Assembly: GCA_016177405.1 (NCBI GenBank) | Contig: JACOVG010000013.1 | Coordinates: 1,858 to 65,857, forward strand | Source: Candidatus Omnitrophota bacterium | Lineage (GTDB): Bacteria > Omnitrophota > Gorgyraeia > 1-14-0-20-64-10 | DNA length: 64,000 nt | Direction: 5' to 3' | In this document: positions 47,775 through 56,761 of the stretch, piece by piece | How the letters are laid out: the number at the start of each line of letters is the position of its first letter | How positions within the stretch are numbered: the first letter of the stretch is position 1 | Made by a program: the position numbers and the translations under genes | The notes under the pieces: generated by a model | What the model was told of the DNA's origin: nothing | Database searches by the model: none | The model's input: only the letters and a program-made list of their open reading frames with translations

Positions 47775-48476
47775 ATGAGAGCCGGCTTTTTCACACTCCT
47801 CTTGTTGGCGTCCGCCTCTTCCGGGTACGCGCAGGAGGTTCGTGGAAGGGTGAGGGTCGATGGTTCACCGCCTGCCCAAGAGACGATCACGATTCAGGCC
47901 AAGAGCAAGGCGTATCCCATCGAGGGCTGCGGGCCGATTCAGAAGGCTTCGCCGAAGCTCGAGGTGAGCGCCGCTGGCGGGGTTAAAAACGCTGTGGTCT
48001 GGGCGGAGATTCCAGCTCAGGTCCAGCCAGAGCCCCTTCATCTCCTGATGGACCAGAAGGCGTGCGTTTTCAGCCCTCATGTCGTGGCCGCCGCGGCGGG
48101 TCAATCGTTGGCGATCCGGAACTCCGACCGAGTGATCCACAACGTCCGGATCTTCCGGGAGGGCAGGCCCGAGATGCTGATGCACCGGTGGCAGAAGGTG
48201 GATGGGGCCGACATCGTCTGGAGATTTGATGAACCGGGCCGGTACCTCGTCCGGTGCGGGGTCCACCCTTGGATGTACGGCTGGGTCTTCGTCGCCCCCG
48301 GGCGGTCCGTTGCCGTGACGGATGAAGAGGGACGCTTCGAGCTGACCGGTCTGCCGGAGGGCCGACATACCCTCCGCGTCTGGCATGAGACGCTGGGAAA
48401 CCGGGAGCTTGAGATGGAGGTAGGGAGCCAACCCCTGGATCTTGCCCCGGTGGTTTTTCCAAAGAAGGAGGCCTGA
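47775..48476 (+). CDS. Exported cupredoxin-like / carboxypeptidase-regulatory-like domain protein
   Basis: Signal peptide ending GYA; DQKACVFSPHV, NSD..HNV, CGVHPWM, TDEEGRFEL..LPEG..VWHE. Confidence 0.7.
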   Translation: MRAGFFTLLLLASASSGYAQEVRGRVRVDGSPPAQETITIQAKSKAYPIEGCGPIQKASPKLEVSAAGGVKNAVVWAEIPAQVQPEPLHLLMDQKACVFSPHVVAAAAGQSLAIRNSDRVIHNVRIFREGRPEMLMHRWQKVDGADIVWRFDEPGRYLVRCGVHPWMYGWVFVAPGRSVAVTDEEGRFELTGLPEGRHTLRVWHETLGNRELEMEVGSQPLDLAPVVFPKKEA

Positions 48477-49096
48477 TGTTTTACGAGTGGTTTAAGCTGG
48501 GCGGCCCGGTGATGTGGGCGTTGCTCGCCTGTTCCATCGTGGCGCTCACGGTGATCAGCGAGCGGTTCTTCTTTTGGAGGGAGATCCGGCGCTCGCGGGA
48601 CGCCGGCGCCGTGGAGTCGATGCTGGCGCTCATCGAGCAGGGGCAAATCTCCCAGGCGCTGGCCAGGGGACGCGCCCTCTCCGATCCGGTGGCCCGGGTG
48701 CTGACCCGCGGCCTGGAGCATTGGCCCGCGGCCGTGACCGGCGCCCTGGAGGCCCAGGCCCAGGAGGAGCTGCGGCCGATGCGCCGGTACCTCGGCGTTC
48801 TGGAGACGACCATCACCCTGGCTCCGCTTTTGGGCATCTACGGAACGATCACCGGCATGATCCGGGCCTTCGGTTTCTTGAGCCGGGCCGGGATCACCGA
48901 CCCCCATCAGGTGGCCGCGGGGATCGCCGAGGCGCTGATCACCACGGCGGCTGGGCTGACCATTGCGATTGTCAGCATTCCGCCGTACAATTTCTTCACC
49001 GCCAAGACCGAGGAGGTGGCGCACGACATGGAGCGCCAGGCGACGGCGCTTGAGCTCTTGGCGGGGCGCAAACGATCGGCGGAGGGTTCCTCGTGA
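48476..49096 (+). CDS. exbB: MotA/TolQ/ExbB proton channel protein
   Basis: GGPVMW, APLLGIYGTITGMI, GIAEALITTAAGL. Confidence 0.92.
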   Translation: MFYEWFKLGGPVMWALLACSIVALTVISERFFFWREIRRSRDAGAVESMLALIEQGQISQALARGRALSDPVARVLTRGLEHWPAAVTGALEAQAQEELRPMRRYLGVLETTITLAPLLGIYGTITGMIRAFGFLSRAGITDPHQVAAGIAEALITTAAGLTIAIVSIPPYNFFTAKTEEVAHDMERQATALELLAGRKRSAEGSS

Positions 49097-49509
49097 GGAT
49101 TTATTTTCCCCGTTCCTCGAAACCTAGGATCGAGATGATTCCCCTGATCGATGCCTTCTTCCTGCTGTTGGCCTTCTTCATGTCGTCGGTGATCACCATG
49201 GAGGTGGTTCAGGGGCTTCCGCTGGAACTGCCGCGGGCCGGGCCTTCCAAACCGCTGGCGTCAGGTGACCGGTGGATGGTGACCGTTACCCGGGAGGGCG
49301 CGGTTCAGCTTGAGGGGCGGGCGGTGACCTTGGAGGAATTGCGCTCGCGTTTGGCGGGCCATCCGGATCTGGAGTCGCTTCGGGTGGGCATTCGTGCCGA
49401 TCAGGCCACCCCTTACGAACGGGTGGTGCAGGTGTTGGCGGCGGCCCAGGCCAGCGGGGTCAAACGGGTTAACCTGCTGACCTCCGGCCGAAAGGAAAAG
49501 GAACGTTGA
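49093..49509 (+). CDS. exbD: Biopolymer transporter ExbD/TolR
   Basis: IEMIPLIDAFFLLL, IRADQATPY..VV.V. Confidence 0.92.
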   Translation: MRIYFPRSSKPRIEMIPLIDAFFLLLAFFMSSVITMEVVQGLPLELPRAGPSKPLASGDRWMVTVTREGAVQLEGRAVTLEELRSRLAGHPDLESLRVGIRADQATPYERVVQVLAAAQASGVKRVNLLTSGRKEKER

Positions 49510-50039
49510 GCTTAAGGTTGGCGAAATCCGCCCTGCTGTCGGCTGGGGTGCATGCCCTGTTCATTCTCCCCGCCATCCACTTCGGCTTGGCCGGCGCTCC
49601 TCCCAAGGCGGACGTGGTTCGGGGCCGGGCAATCCTGGAGCTGGAGTGGGTGGACCCCCAGCCCTTGGACAAAGAGGAAGGGGAAGAGGAGCAGCGGGAG
49701 AAGTTGGGATTCAAGCCCCAGGAGGCGGTGGTGACCCCGGGGGCTTTTTCGGTGGCCGCGCCGGCGGGTTTTCGCAATCCGGCGCCGGCCTATCCCTGGG
49801 CGGCGAGGCTTCGAGGCTGGCAGGGAACGGTGGTGCTTCGGGTTTCGGTCGCCGCCTCCGGTCTGCCGGAGAGGGTGGAGATCGCCGTAAGCTCGGGCCA
49901 CGCGGTTTTGGATCAGGCGGCCCTGGAGGCTTTAAGGGCTTGGCGGTTTGTTCCGGCTCGGAAGGGCTCTCAAGCGGTGGCTGGGGTGGTGGAGATTCCG
50001 GTGACATTCAAATTGGATGAATCGAAGGAGGAGTTATGA
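49506..50039 (+). CDS. tonB: Energy transducer TonB
   Basis: S..VH TM motif; NPAPAYP..AR..G.QG.V, SSGH.VLD.AA, W.F.PA, IPVTF. Confidence 0.9.
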   Translation: MSLRLAKSALLSAGVHALFILPAIHFGLAGAPPKADVVRGRAILELEWVDPQPLDKEEGEEEQREKLGFKPQEAVVTPGAFSVAAPAGFRNPAPAYPWAARLRGWQGTVVLRVSVAASGLPERVEIAVSSGHAVLDQAALEALRAWRFVPARKGSQAVAGVVEIPVTFKLDESKEEL

Positions 50040-50548
50040 AGCTGACTTGGGTTCTGGTGGCGGTGGGGGGTTTGATGGCGGCGGCGTTTCAACATGAACT
50101 GGGCGCGGCTCCCATCTTGGGTGCTCTCTTGTGCGCGGCCTGCTTCTTGAGGCCTCGGGATCTTTTCTGGGTGGGCTTGGGCGGGATGCTGGTTCGTGAG
50201 CTCGCGATCGGCATTTCCGTCTTCAGCGCGGTGCGCCTGGTCGCGGTGGCGCTGGTGGCGGCGGCGCTGGTGGCCCTGAAGGTTCGCCCCAGCTTTCGCT
50301 CCATCCTGACTGGACTGCTGGTTTCCTCGCCGATCTTTCATCTGTCCCTTTCGGTTGGAGACTGGCTGACCGGCTTCTGCGGCGTTTGGCCCAAGACGGC
50401 CGCGGGCTTGACCGGAGCGATTGTCACGGCGCTGCCTTACTTTCAGCGGTCGCTGGTCGGAGATTTCCTTTTCTCCAGCCTCTTCTTGGGGCTCTACACC
50501 GGTTTGGCTTATTGGACCACCGCGGTCCGGACCCGCGCCGCTTCGTGA
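50036..50548 (+). CDS. Integral membrane protein, DUF6580 / solitary ECF S-component-like (candidate corrinoid permease)
   Basis: ~6 hydrophobic segments, 170 aa; WPKTAAGL..ALPYF..SLVGD..F..LF pattern; located in a B12 operon. Confidence 0.6.
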   Translation: MKLTWVLVAVGGLMAAAFQHELGAAPILGALLCAACFLRPRDLFWVGLGGMLVRELAIGISVFSAVRLVAVALVAAALVALKVRPSFRSILTGLLVSSPIFHLSLSVGDWLTGFCGVWPKTAAGLTGAIVTALPYFQRSLVGDFLFSSLFLGLYTGLAYWTTAVRTRAAS

Positions 50549-51240
50549 GACTGAAAGGGGCCCTGGGCTGGTCGTTGGCGCTCCACGCGGGAGTGCTGGC
50601 CCTGCCTTTGCCGCGCGGCTTCATCGCTTACGTCCCGACCGGCAAGCCCCTTTCCGTTACCTTTATGGGATCTCCGTCTGTCGCAGCAGCGGCGGCGGCC
50701 GCGAAGCAGGCGGCTGTGAAAGCCCAGGATTTGGTGGAGGTCAAGCGCCCCTCGGTAAGCCCTGCCGCGGCGGCCGTCGAAAAACCCCGGCGGGCTCCGC
50801 CTCCGGCCCCGGCCCGGCTTGAGAAACCGGCGCCCAAACCCGCCGCTCCGGCTCCGTCCCGGAAGGAGTTGGCCGGGCCGCTCAAGGGTCCGGCGCCGCC
50901 TGAACATCAAGCGGAGAGATCCCGGGATGACGGCGGGGCGTCAATCCAGATGCTGTCGGGCTCTTTCCTCTCCCTGGAGCATCGGCAAAAGGTGAGGGAA
51001 CACCTGAAGGGCCGCTTGACCTTTCCGGCGGTCTGGATTCGGGGTTTTGTCCATATGCGCTTGACCCTGGAGCCCGAAGGGCGGTTGGTGACTGCCCAGG
51101 TTCTGGAGAGCTCTGACCCCAAGCTTTCCGAGGCTGCCCTCCGGGAGGTCCAGCAGGCGGCCCCTTATCCCGCCTTCTCCCGCGACGTTTCCGAGGCCGC
51201 CCTCCAGTACGACTTCCTCATCCGCTACGAGCCCGACTAA
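50545..51240 (+). CDS. Second TonB/TolA-like protein (TM anchor, Pro/Ala linker, TonB C-terminal domain)
   Basis: GTG 50545; SLALH motif, Pro-rich linker, G.V..LTL..EG, ESS..L.EAA...AAPYP. Confidence 0.7.
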   Translation: MRLKGALGWSLALHAGVLALPLPRGFIAYVPTGKPLSVTFMGSPSVAAAAAAAKQAAVKAQDLVEVKRPSVSPAAAAVEKPRRAPPPAPARLEKPAPKPAAPAPSRKELAGPLKGPAPPEHQAERSRDDGGASIQMLSGSFLSLEHRQKVREHLKGRLTFPAVWIRGFVHMRLTLEPEGRLVTAQVLESSDPKLSEAALREVQQAAPYPAFSRDVSEAALQYDFLIRYEPD

Positions 51241-51245
51241 CCTCC

Positions 51246-51268
51246 CCCCGCCCTCTGTGTGGGGGTTT
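51246..51268 (+). terminator. Putative intrinsic terminator ending the cob/btu operon
   Basis: CCCCCGC...GTGGGGG stem followed by TTT immediately after the TAA at 51240; short U-tract. Confidence 0.35.
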
Positions 51269-51393
51269 GCCGGCCACGGGTCCTCGCAGACCACCCCGCC
51301 TTTGGTCTGGGGGAGAGGGCTCGCTCCGGAGATCTGGATGCCAGCTTCCGAGGCCCCCGCCCGGTGTGTGGGGGTTTGCCGGCCACGGGTCCT
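51256..51393 (+). repeat. 29-bp exact direct repeat, two copies (51256-51284, 51365-51393)
   Basis: TGTGTGGGGGTTTGCCGGCCACGGGTCCT occurs twice. Confidence 0.9.
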
Positions 51394-51791
51394 GCCGCCT
51401 GCGGGTACTCCCGCCGTCCGTCCTCGGCCCCTCGACTCCGTTCGTCCAGAGCTTGTCGAAGGACGAACGTCGCTCGGGACCTGCGGGCGTGGCGGCGGGT
51501 CCTCCCTCCGGCGTCACCCGTGTCCGCAGTCTCACCCCACACCCCGATCCGTCTCTTCGTAAGAGAGCACCCCGCCCTGGGGATGGGGGAAGGGCGAGCC
51601 TTAGGAGATCCTGGCGGTGGTCCGCAGGACCAGGGCGCGCAGGAGCGAAGCGCAGCGGAAACGGCGCCATTGGGTCTGGCCGCTCCCCCGCTGGATTTGG
51701 GCGAGGGTGGACGCCGAGGTTCTGCAAGCGGAGCGCCGAGCACCCAGCCAGATCTCCGGAGCGAGCCCTCTCCCCCAGACCAAGGGCGGGG
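51294..51791. mobile_element. MITE-like / composite palindromic element with 44-bp terminal inverted repeats
   Basis: 51294-51337 is the reverse complement of 51748-51791 with one mismatch; interior holds nested hairpins; no transposase. Confidence 0.6.
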
Positions 51792-51832
51792 GAACTCCGA
51801 TGAACTGGGGAGTCGGAATGTTTCGAGAAGGG

Positions 51833-51861
51833 TTGACGGGGGGGCGGGGGCGTTGTATCAT
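51833..51861 (+). promoter_or_regulatory. Sigma70-type promoter of rpsU
   Basis: TTGACG (51833-38), 17-bp spacer, TATCAT (51856-61); SD AAAGGAG before ATG 51885. Confidence 0.75.
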
Positions 51862-51884
51862 GATTTTAAAGGAGTTACGAACTC

Positions 51885-52055
51885 ATGCCGGTTGTCGAAG
51901 TCCGAGAAAACGAGCCTCTAGAGAAGGCCTTAAGGCGCCTTAAAAAGAAGGTCGAACGGGAAGGGATCCTCAAGGTCGTTCGGGCCCGGAAGCATTACGA
52001 GAAACCTTCGGTCGCTCGGCGGCGAAAGCTGCGAGAAGGCCGAAGACGATTTTAG
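51885..52055 (+). CDS. rpsU: 30S ribosomal protein S21
   Basis: Not in the ORF track; hand translation gives [56 protein letters not shown]. Confidence 0.96.
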   Translation: MPVVEVRENEPLEKALRRLKKKVEREGILKVVRARKHYEKPSVARRRKLREGRRRF

Positions 52056-52088
52056 AACCGGCCTCATAAACCCCCGTGGTCGTGATTT

Positions 52089-54743
52089 ATGAAGCCGGTT
52101 TTATCTCTTTTTCTCGCCCTCCTCGTTACGGGTTGCCGGAGTCTGCCAGTGGCTAAACCAGAATTGCCCGCGATTTCGGGGCCCGTGGCGGCCGCCGCCC
52201 CCATTCATCGGAAGGTCCTCCCCAACGGCCTCGTCCTTTTGGTGGAGGAAGATCCTTCCAAACCCCTGGTGGCGTTCCACGCGGTGGTCCGCGCCGGCTC
52301 CGCCACGGAGGGGGAATTCCTTGGCAGCGGCATCTCCCACGTGGTGGAGCATATGCTCTTCAAGGGAACTGGGCGCCGCGGCGTGGGCCAGGTGGAAGCG
52401 GAGGCCCGCTCGTATGGGGGCACCACCCAGGGATACACCACGTACGACACCACCGCGTATCAGCTGACGGTGAACAAAGAGTTCTGGCGCCAGGGAGCCG
52501 ACCTCCTCCTCGACGCCCTCTTCTCCCCCAGCATGGATGCCGCCGAATTCTCCAAGGAGAGGGACGTGGTCCTGCGGGAATTGAAGATGCGGGATGACGA
52601 TCCCGAGCGGCTGGCCTGGGATCTCCTCTTTGAAACGGCCTACCAGGTCCATCCGTACCGGATCCCGATCATCGGATACGAGCCCCTCATGACCCGGTTG
52701 ACCCGGGAGGAGGCGGCCGCTTACCACCGCAGGTATTACGTGCCTAACAACGTGGTCCTGGCGGTGACCGGGGATGTCAAGGCCAAGGAGCTGTTCGACC
52801 GGGTTGAGGAGCTGACCCAGGCCATCCCGCCGGGGAGGGTCCCTCCCAGCACCAGAGTGGAGGAGCCCCTCCAGCTTTCCCCGCGCGAGGCGCTGAAGGA
52901 AGCGCCTGCCGCCCACGCGATCTTGGCGGTTGGTTTTCCGGGGGTGGCGCTTGCCAGCGACGATCTCTTTGCCCTGGACTGCCTTTCCTGGATCTTGGGC
53001 GGCGGCAGGGGCTCGGTCCTGGAAAAAGGCCTGAAGGAAACCGGCGTGGTCTACTCGGTTCATTCGTACCATTACACCCCTAGCCAGCGTGGCCTTTTCG
53101 TTGTTTCCATGCGCCTTGAGCCGGAGAATCTTGCCCGGGCCAAGGCGCTTCTTGGGGAGGCGCTTCGCCAGGTCCGAGAGGAACCCCTTCCCCCGCGGGA
53201 GATTGAGGCCGCCCAAAAGGCGGTGGTCCGGGAGTATCTGTCCGGCCGTCAAACGGTGGCAGGCCGGGCCTCCGATTTGGCCACCCATGAGGTTTTGGCC
53301 GGGGATCCCGACTTCTCCCGAAGGTACGTCGAGAGGATGATGAAGCTCACCCCGCAGGATTTGCAGAGGGTCGCGCGCCGTTATCTTGATGGCGAGCGGA
53401 TGACGGTCACCACCCTGGTGCCCCAGGGAAGGGCTTCTGAAGGCGCCTTTTCCTCGGCCCAAGCCGCGGCGGCGCCCGCCAAACCGGAGCTTGCGGCCTT
53501 GAAGAACGGCCTGCGGCTGATCCTGCTTGAGGATCACCGCGTCCCTCTCGTGACCATCCAGGTCTCGATGGCGGCGGGGGTGCGCTGTGAGGACGATGAG
53601 AACAATGGGATCTCCGCCCTGACCGCCCGCATGCTCCTGCGCGGCACGCGCCGGCGAGGCCCGGCCGAGCTCAACGACCTTCTCCGGGGGATGGGGGCCT
53701 CGCTCGTGTCCGTAAGCGGCAGGAACTCCTTGAACCTGACGATCGAGGTGGTCGGCTCCGAGCTTCCCAAGGCCGTTTCCCTTTTGGGCGAGATCATTCA
53801 GGAGCCCGGCTTTTCCACCGACGAGCTCGAGAAGGAGCGCAAGCTCCTCTTGGCGGAGCTCGCGGCCCAGGAGGAGGACCCTTTTTCCTGGGGGATCCGC
53901 CGGCTCATGCGGACCCTCTTCACCGTTCATCCCTACCGCCTGGATCCTCTCGGGAACAAGGAGGCGGTCTCCCGCGTCACCCACGCGGAGCTCGAAGCGT
54001 TCTTCGACATGATCAGAGATCCCAAGTGGATGGTGGTGGGAATGGCCGGCGACTTCAAGAAAGAGGAGGCGGTAAGGCATCTGACGGCCGCGTTCGAGAA
54101 GGTTTCCCCGGGGCCTGGCGCCCTGCCGGAGCCCCCGGAGGAGCCGGAGTTGACCTCCCCCCGCTCCCACCTGGAGGCGGTCCCCCGTCAGGAGGGGCTC
54201 GTCTTGATCGGCTTCCCGGGGATTGCTCTTTCGGATCCCCGCCTGCCGCTCGTTGATTTGGCGGAAAACCTTCTCTCGGGCGGGGCCGGGCGCCTCTTTG
54301 CCGAGGTCCGGGAGCGGCGCGGCCTGGCCTACGCGGTGGGCGCCTCGGCGATCCATGGGGTGGATCCCGGCGCCTTCGTCCTTTACGCCCTGGCGGAACC
54401 CGCTAAGATGGATGAGGTGCGGGAGGCGCTCCTGGACCAGATGAGGCGCCTATCGAGAGAACCGTTCGATCCGCAGGAGTTCCAAAGGGCCAAGCAGGGT
54501 CTTTTGGGGGCGCGGCGGATCGCCCGCCAATCGGCCGGCGCCAGGCTCTCCCAGTTGTGCCTGAACGAGCTTTATGGTTTGGGGCTTGATTTTGACGAGC
54601 GGTATGAAGCCGGGATTCTGATGGCGACGGAGGAGGATGTCCGCAGGGGCATGTTCGAGGTTCTGAATCCGGAACAGCATGTGGTGGTGATCGGCCAACC
54701 CGCGGCTTCCGAGGAGCCGGCGGGCGCGGAGCTTGGCCGGTGA
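52089..54743 (+). CDS. M16 (pitrilysin/insulinase) zinc metallopeptidase, predicted lipoprotein
   Basis: Lipobox LVTG-C; HVVEHMLFKGT (HxxEH); duplicated halves; VRERRGLAY. Confidence 0.92.
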   Translation: MKPVLSLFLALLVTGCRSLPVAKPELPAISGPVAAAAPIHRKVLPNGLVLLVEEDPSKPLVAFHAVVRAGSATEGEFLGSGISHVVEHMLFKGTGRRGVGQVEAEARSYGGTTQGYTTYDTTAYQLTVNKEFWRQGADLLLDALFSPSMDAAEFSKERDVVLRELKMRDDDPERLAWDLLFETAYQVHPYRIPIIGYEPLMTRLTREEAAAYHRRYYVPNNVVLAVTGDVKAKELFDRVEELTQAIPPGRVPPSTRVEEPLQLSPREALKEAPAAHAILAVGFPGVALASDDLFALDCLSWILGGGRGSVLEKGLKETGVVYSVHSYHYTPSQRGLFVVSMRLEPENLARAKALLGEALRQVREEPLPPREIEAAQKAVVREYLSGRQTVAGRASDLATHEVLAGDPDFSRRYVERMMKLTPQDLQRVARRYLDGERMTVTTLVPQGRASEGAFSSAQAAAAPAKPELAALKNGLRLILLEDHRVPLVTIQVSMAAGVRCEDDENNGISALTARMLLRGTRRRGPAELNDLLRGMGASLVSVSGRNSLNLTIEVVGSELPKAVSLLGEIIQEPGFSTDELEKERKLLLAELAAQEEDPFSWGIRRLMRTLFTVHPYRLDPLGNKEAVSRVTHAELEAFFDMIRDPKWMVVGMAGDFKKEEAVRHLTAAFEKVSPGPGALPEPPEEPELTSPRSHLEAVPRQEGLVLIGFPGIALSDPRLPLVDLAENLLSGGAGRLFAEVRERRGLAYAVGASAIHGVDPGAFVLYALAEPAKMDEVREALLDQMRRLSREPFDPQEFQRAKQGLLGARRIARQSAGARLSQLCLNELYGLGLDFDERYEAGILMATEEDVRRGMFEVLNPEQHVVVIGQPAASEEPAGAELGR

Positions 54744-55123
54744 GTGACCTTCCGGGTGTCCCCAAGAGGGTGGACGAGTCTTGGAAGTCCCAGGTGGAAC
54801 GGGAAAAGCAGGGCGCCCCGCCCTCCAAGGCCAACGGTCCCTCGAAGCCCTCCGCCTCCGGCCGGGAGGCTCCCACCTCGGCCGCCTTCACCCACCTGGT
54901 TTCATCCGTCTCCATGCAGGCGATGATGTTTCTGGGGGAGGTGCCCAACCCCATGACCGGTCAAGCCGAGACGGATCTGGAGCAGGCCCGCTCCCTGATC
55001 GACATGGTGGGGATGCTCAAGGAGAAGACCCAGGGAAATCTGAACGCCGAAGAGGAGAAGCTCTTGTCCGGGGTGCTGTTTGAGCTAAGAACCAAGTTTG
55101 TGGAAAGGTCCAAGGTTCCATGA
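54740..55123 (+). CDS. DUF1844 domain protein
   Basis: KRVDESWK, QAMMFLG..PNP, ID..GMLKEKTQGNL..EE. Confidence 0.85.
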   Translation: MSDLPGVPKRVDESWKSQVEREKQGAPPSKANGPSKPSASGREAPTSAAFTHLVSSVSMQAMMFLGEVPNPMTGQAETDLEQARSLIDMVGMLKEKTQGNLNAEEEKLLSGVLFELRTKFVERSKVP

Positions 55124-56136
55124 TCTGGCCCATCGTTTTTGCGGTGGTTGTTCTGGGCCTTCTGCTCGCCCTCCTTTTCAAGACCTGGAATCTGGTGAGC
55201 GGGCCCTTGCCGGCGGAGAAGCTGGAGAAGCTCAACCAGCTGGATGCCCTCACGCAAACGTTGGCCCAGCTTTCCGCGGCAGTCAACAATCTTCAGGCCC
55301 AGTGGGGCAGAGATTCCGCCTTGCAGTCCGACCTGGGGAAACTCCTCAAGCAGGTGGGAGAAACCTCGAGGGATCTGGCGACGCTCAAGGGGGAAAGGCA
55401 GAAGGACCTGGAGGCTTCCCAAAAGAAGCTTCACGAAATCAGCGACCGCCTGGGGTCGGTTCAGTCAACCCTCACGGGACGGAAATCGGGACAGGCAGGG
55501 GAGAACATCTTGCGGGAGGTCCTGCGCGTCTTTCCCCCCGAGTGGATCCAAAGCCCCTACCGGGATGTCGAGTTCGGCCTGGTTCTTTTCGACCGGAGGG
55601 TGGTCCCGGTGGATTCCAAGTTCACCGGCATAGAGCTGTTGGATCAATTGGGCCAGAGCCAGAATGAAAATGAGAAAGCCGCTCTGGCCAAGGAGATCGA
55701 GCGGAGGATCCTGGAACGGGCCCGGGAGGTCTCCAAGTATCTCGACCCCTCCTCGACCACATCGGTGGCGGTCTGCGCGGTTCCCGACTCGGCCTACGGC
55801 CTTTTGAGAAAGGCGCACTACAGCTCTTACAAGGAGTACCGGGTGGTCCTCATGCCCTATTCGATGACGGTGCCTTACCTCTTGTCGCTGTACGATCTCC
55901 ACTTGAGCAACGTCGGGCAGATCGACGAGGTCCGCCTGGAGGCCTTTGTCGCTTCCGTGGAGCAAGCGGTGAAGACGCTCAACGAGGTCATGGAGAACAA
56001 GGTCAAGGATGCCGGCACGCGCGTGAGCAACGCCTATCGCGAGTGCGTGCAGGCCATCGGGGTGATTGAGGGGGCCTTGGCCAATTTGAAATCAAGCCGT
56101 GTTCAAACCCTTACGCAAATGGAGGTGGAGGGATGA
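55120..56136 (+). CDS. rmuC: RmuC-family protein (N-terminal TM, coiled coil, PD-(D/E)xK-like VDSKF)
   Basis: G.AGE..L, VPVDSKF, EVSKY. Confidence 0.72.
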   Translation: MIWPIVFAVVVLGLLLALLFKTWNLVSGPLPAEKLEKLNQLDALTQTLAQLSAAVNNLQAQWGRDSALQSDLGKLLKQVGETSRDLATLKGERQKDLEASQKKLHEISDRLGSVQSTLTGRKSGQAGENILREVLRVFPPEWIQSPYRDVEFGLVLFDRRVVPVDSKFTGIELLDQLGQSQNENEKAALAKEIERRILERAREVSKYLDPSSTTSVAVCAVPDSAYGLLRKAHYSSYKEYRVVLMPYSMTVPYLLSLYDLHLSNVGQIDEVRLEAFVASVEQAVKTLNEVMENKVKDAGTRVSNAYRECVQAIGVIEGALANLKSSRVQTLTQMEVEG

Positions 56137-56309
56137 TCGACAAAGAGCTGCTCGCGATCCTGGCTTGCCCGGCCTGCAAGGCCGCCGTCATCCTGCAGGG
56201 GGAAAGGATCGTCTGCGTGAACGCCGCCTGCGGGCTTCGGTATCCCATCCGGGAGGGGATACCGGTCATGCTGGTGGAAGAGGCGGAGAAACCTGGCGCG
56301 GCCCCATGA
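56133..56309 (+). CDS. Trm112 (UPF0434/YcaR) family protein
   Basis: Hand translation gives [16 protein letters not shown]...C...[17 protein letters not shown]. Confidence 0.92.
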   Translation: MIDKELLAILACPACKAAVILQGERIVCVNAACGLRYPIREGIPVMLVEEAEKPGAAP

Positions 56310-56749
56310 CCAAGATCCTGGTGATTCACGGTCCCAACCTGCAGCTCCTGGGCCGGCGCGAGCCTTCGATCTATGGCCGGGCGACCTTGCCCCAGATCAA
56401 CCGGGAGCTCACCCGGCTGGCCCGGAAGCTCAAGGTGGCGCTCACCTTTCTTCAGTCGAACCACGAGGGAGAGCTGGTCGAGGCGATCGGCCGCTCCGGG
56501 AAGGTTTACCGGGGGATCCTCATCAACCCGGCCGCCTACACCCACACGTCGGTGGCGATCCGGGACGCCCTGGAGGCGGTGGGCCTGCCGGTGGTGGAGG
56601 TCCACTTGAGCAACATCTACGCCCGGGAGGCGTTCCGGCACACCTCGGTGATCGCCCCGGTGGCCCGGGGGCAGATCTCCGGTTTCGGGACGGAAAGCTA
56701 CACCCTGGGGCTGACCGCCCTGGTTGGCTTGCTTAAGAAGTCGAGGTAA
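56306..56749 (+). CDS. aroQ: Type II 3-dehydroquinate dehydratase
   Basis: [40 protein letters not shown]. Confidence 0.97.
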   Translation: MTKILVIHGPNLQLLGRREPSIYGRATLPQINRELTRLARKLKVALTFLQSNHEGELVEAIGRSGKVYRGILINPAAYTHTSVAIRDALEAVGLPVVEVHLSNIYAREAFRHTSVIAPVARGQISGFGTESYTLGLTALVGLLKKSR

Positions 56750-56752
56750 AAT
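56724..56752 (+). promoter_or_regulatory. Possible internal sigma70 promoter for efp (near-leaderless)
   Basis: TTGGCT, 17-bp spacer, TAAAAT ending 9 nt before the efp ATG; no SD. Confidence 0.35.
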
Positions 56753-56761
56753 AGAGCCTTC

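Noticed and set aside
51256-51393. 29-bp direct repeats as a mini CRISPR array
   Set aside because: Only two copies, an 80-nt spacer that contains the TIR, and no cas genes in the window
51241-51880. Known ncRNA (RNase P, tmRNA, SRP, tRNA) in the large intergenic region
   Set aside because: No GAGGAAAGTCC, tRNA T-loop/CCA or SRP core motif found on either strand by eye
51218-51943. Several 100-220 aa ORFs on both strands in the intergenic region
   Set aside because: Pro/Arg/Gly-rich translations of GC-rich palindromes; no RBS or family motifs
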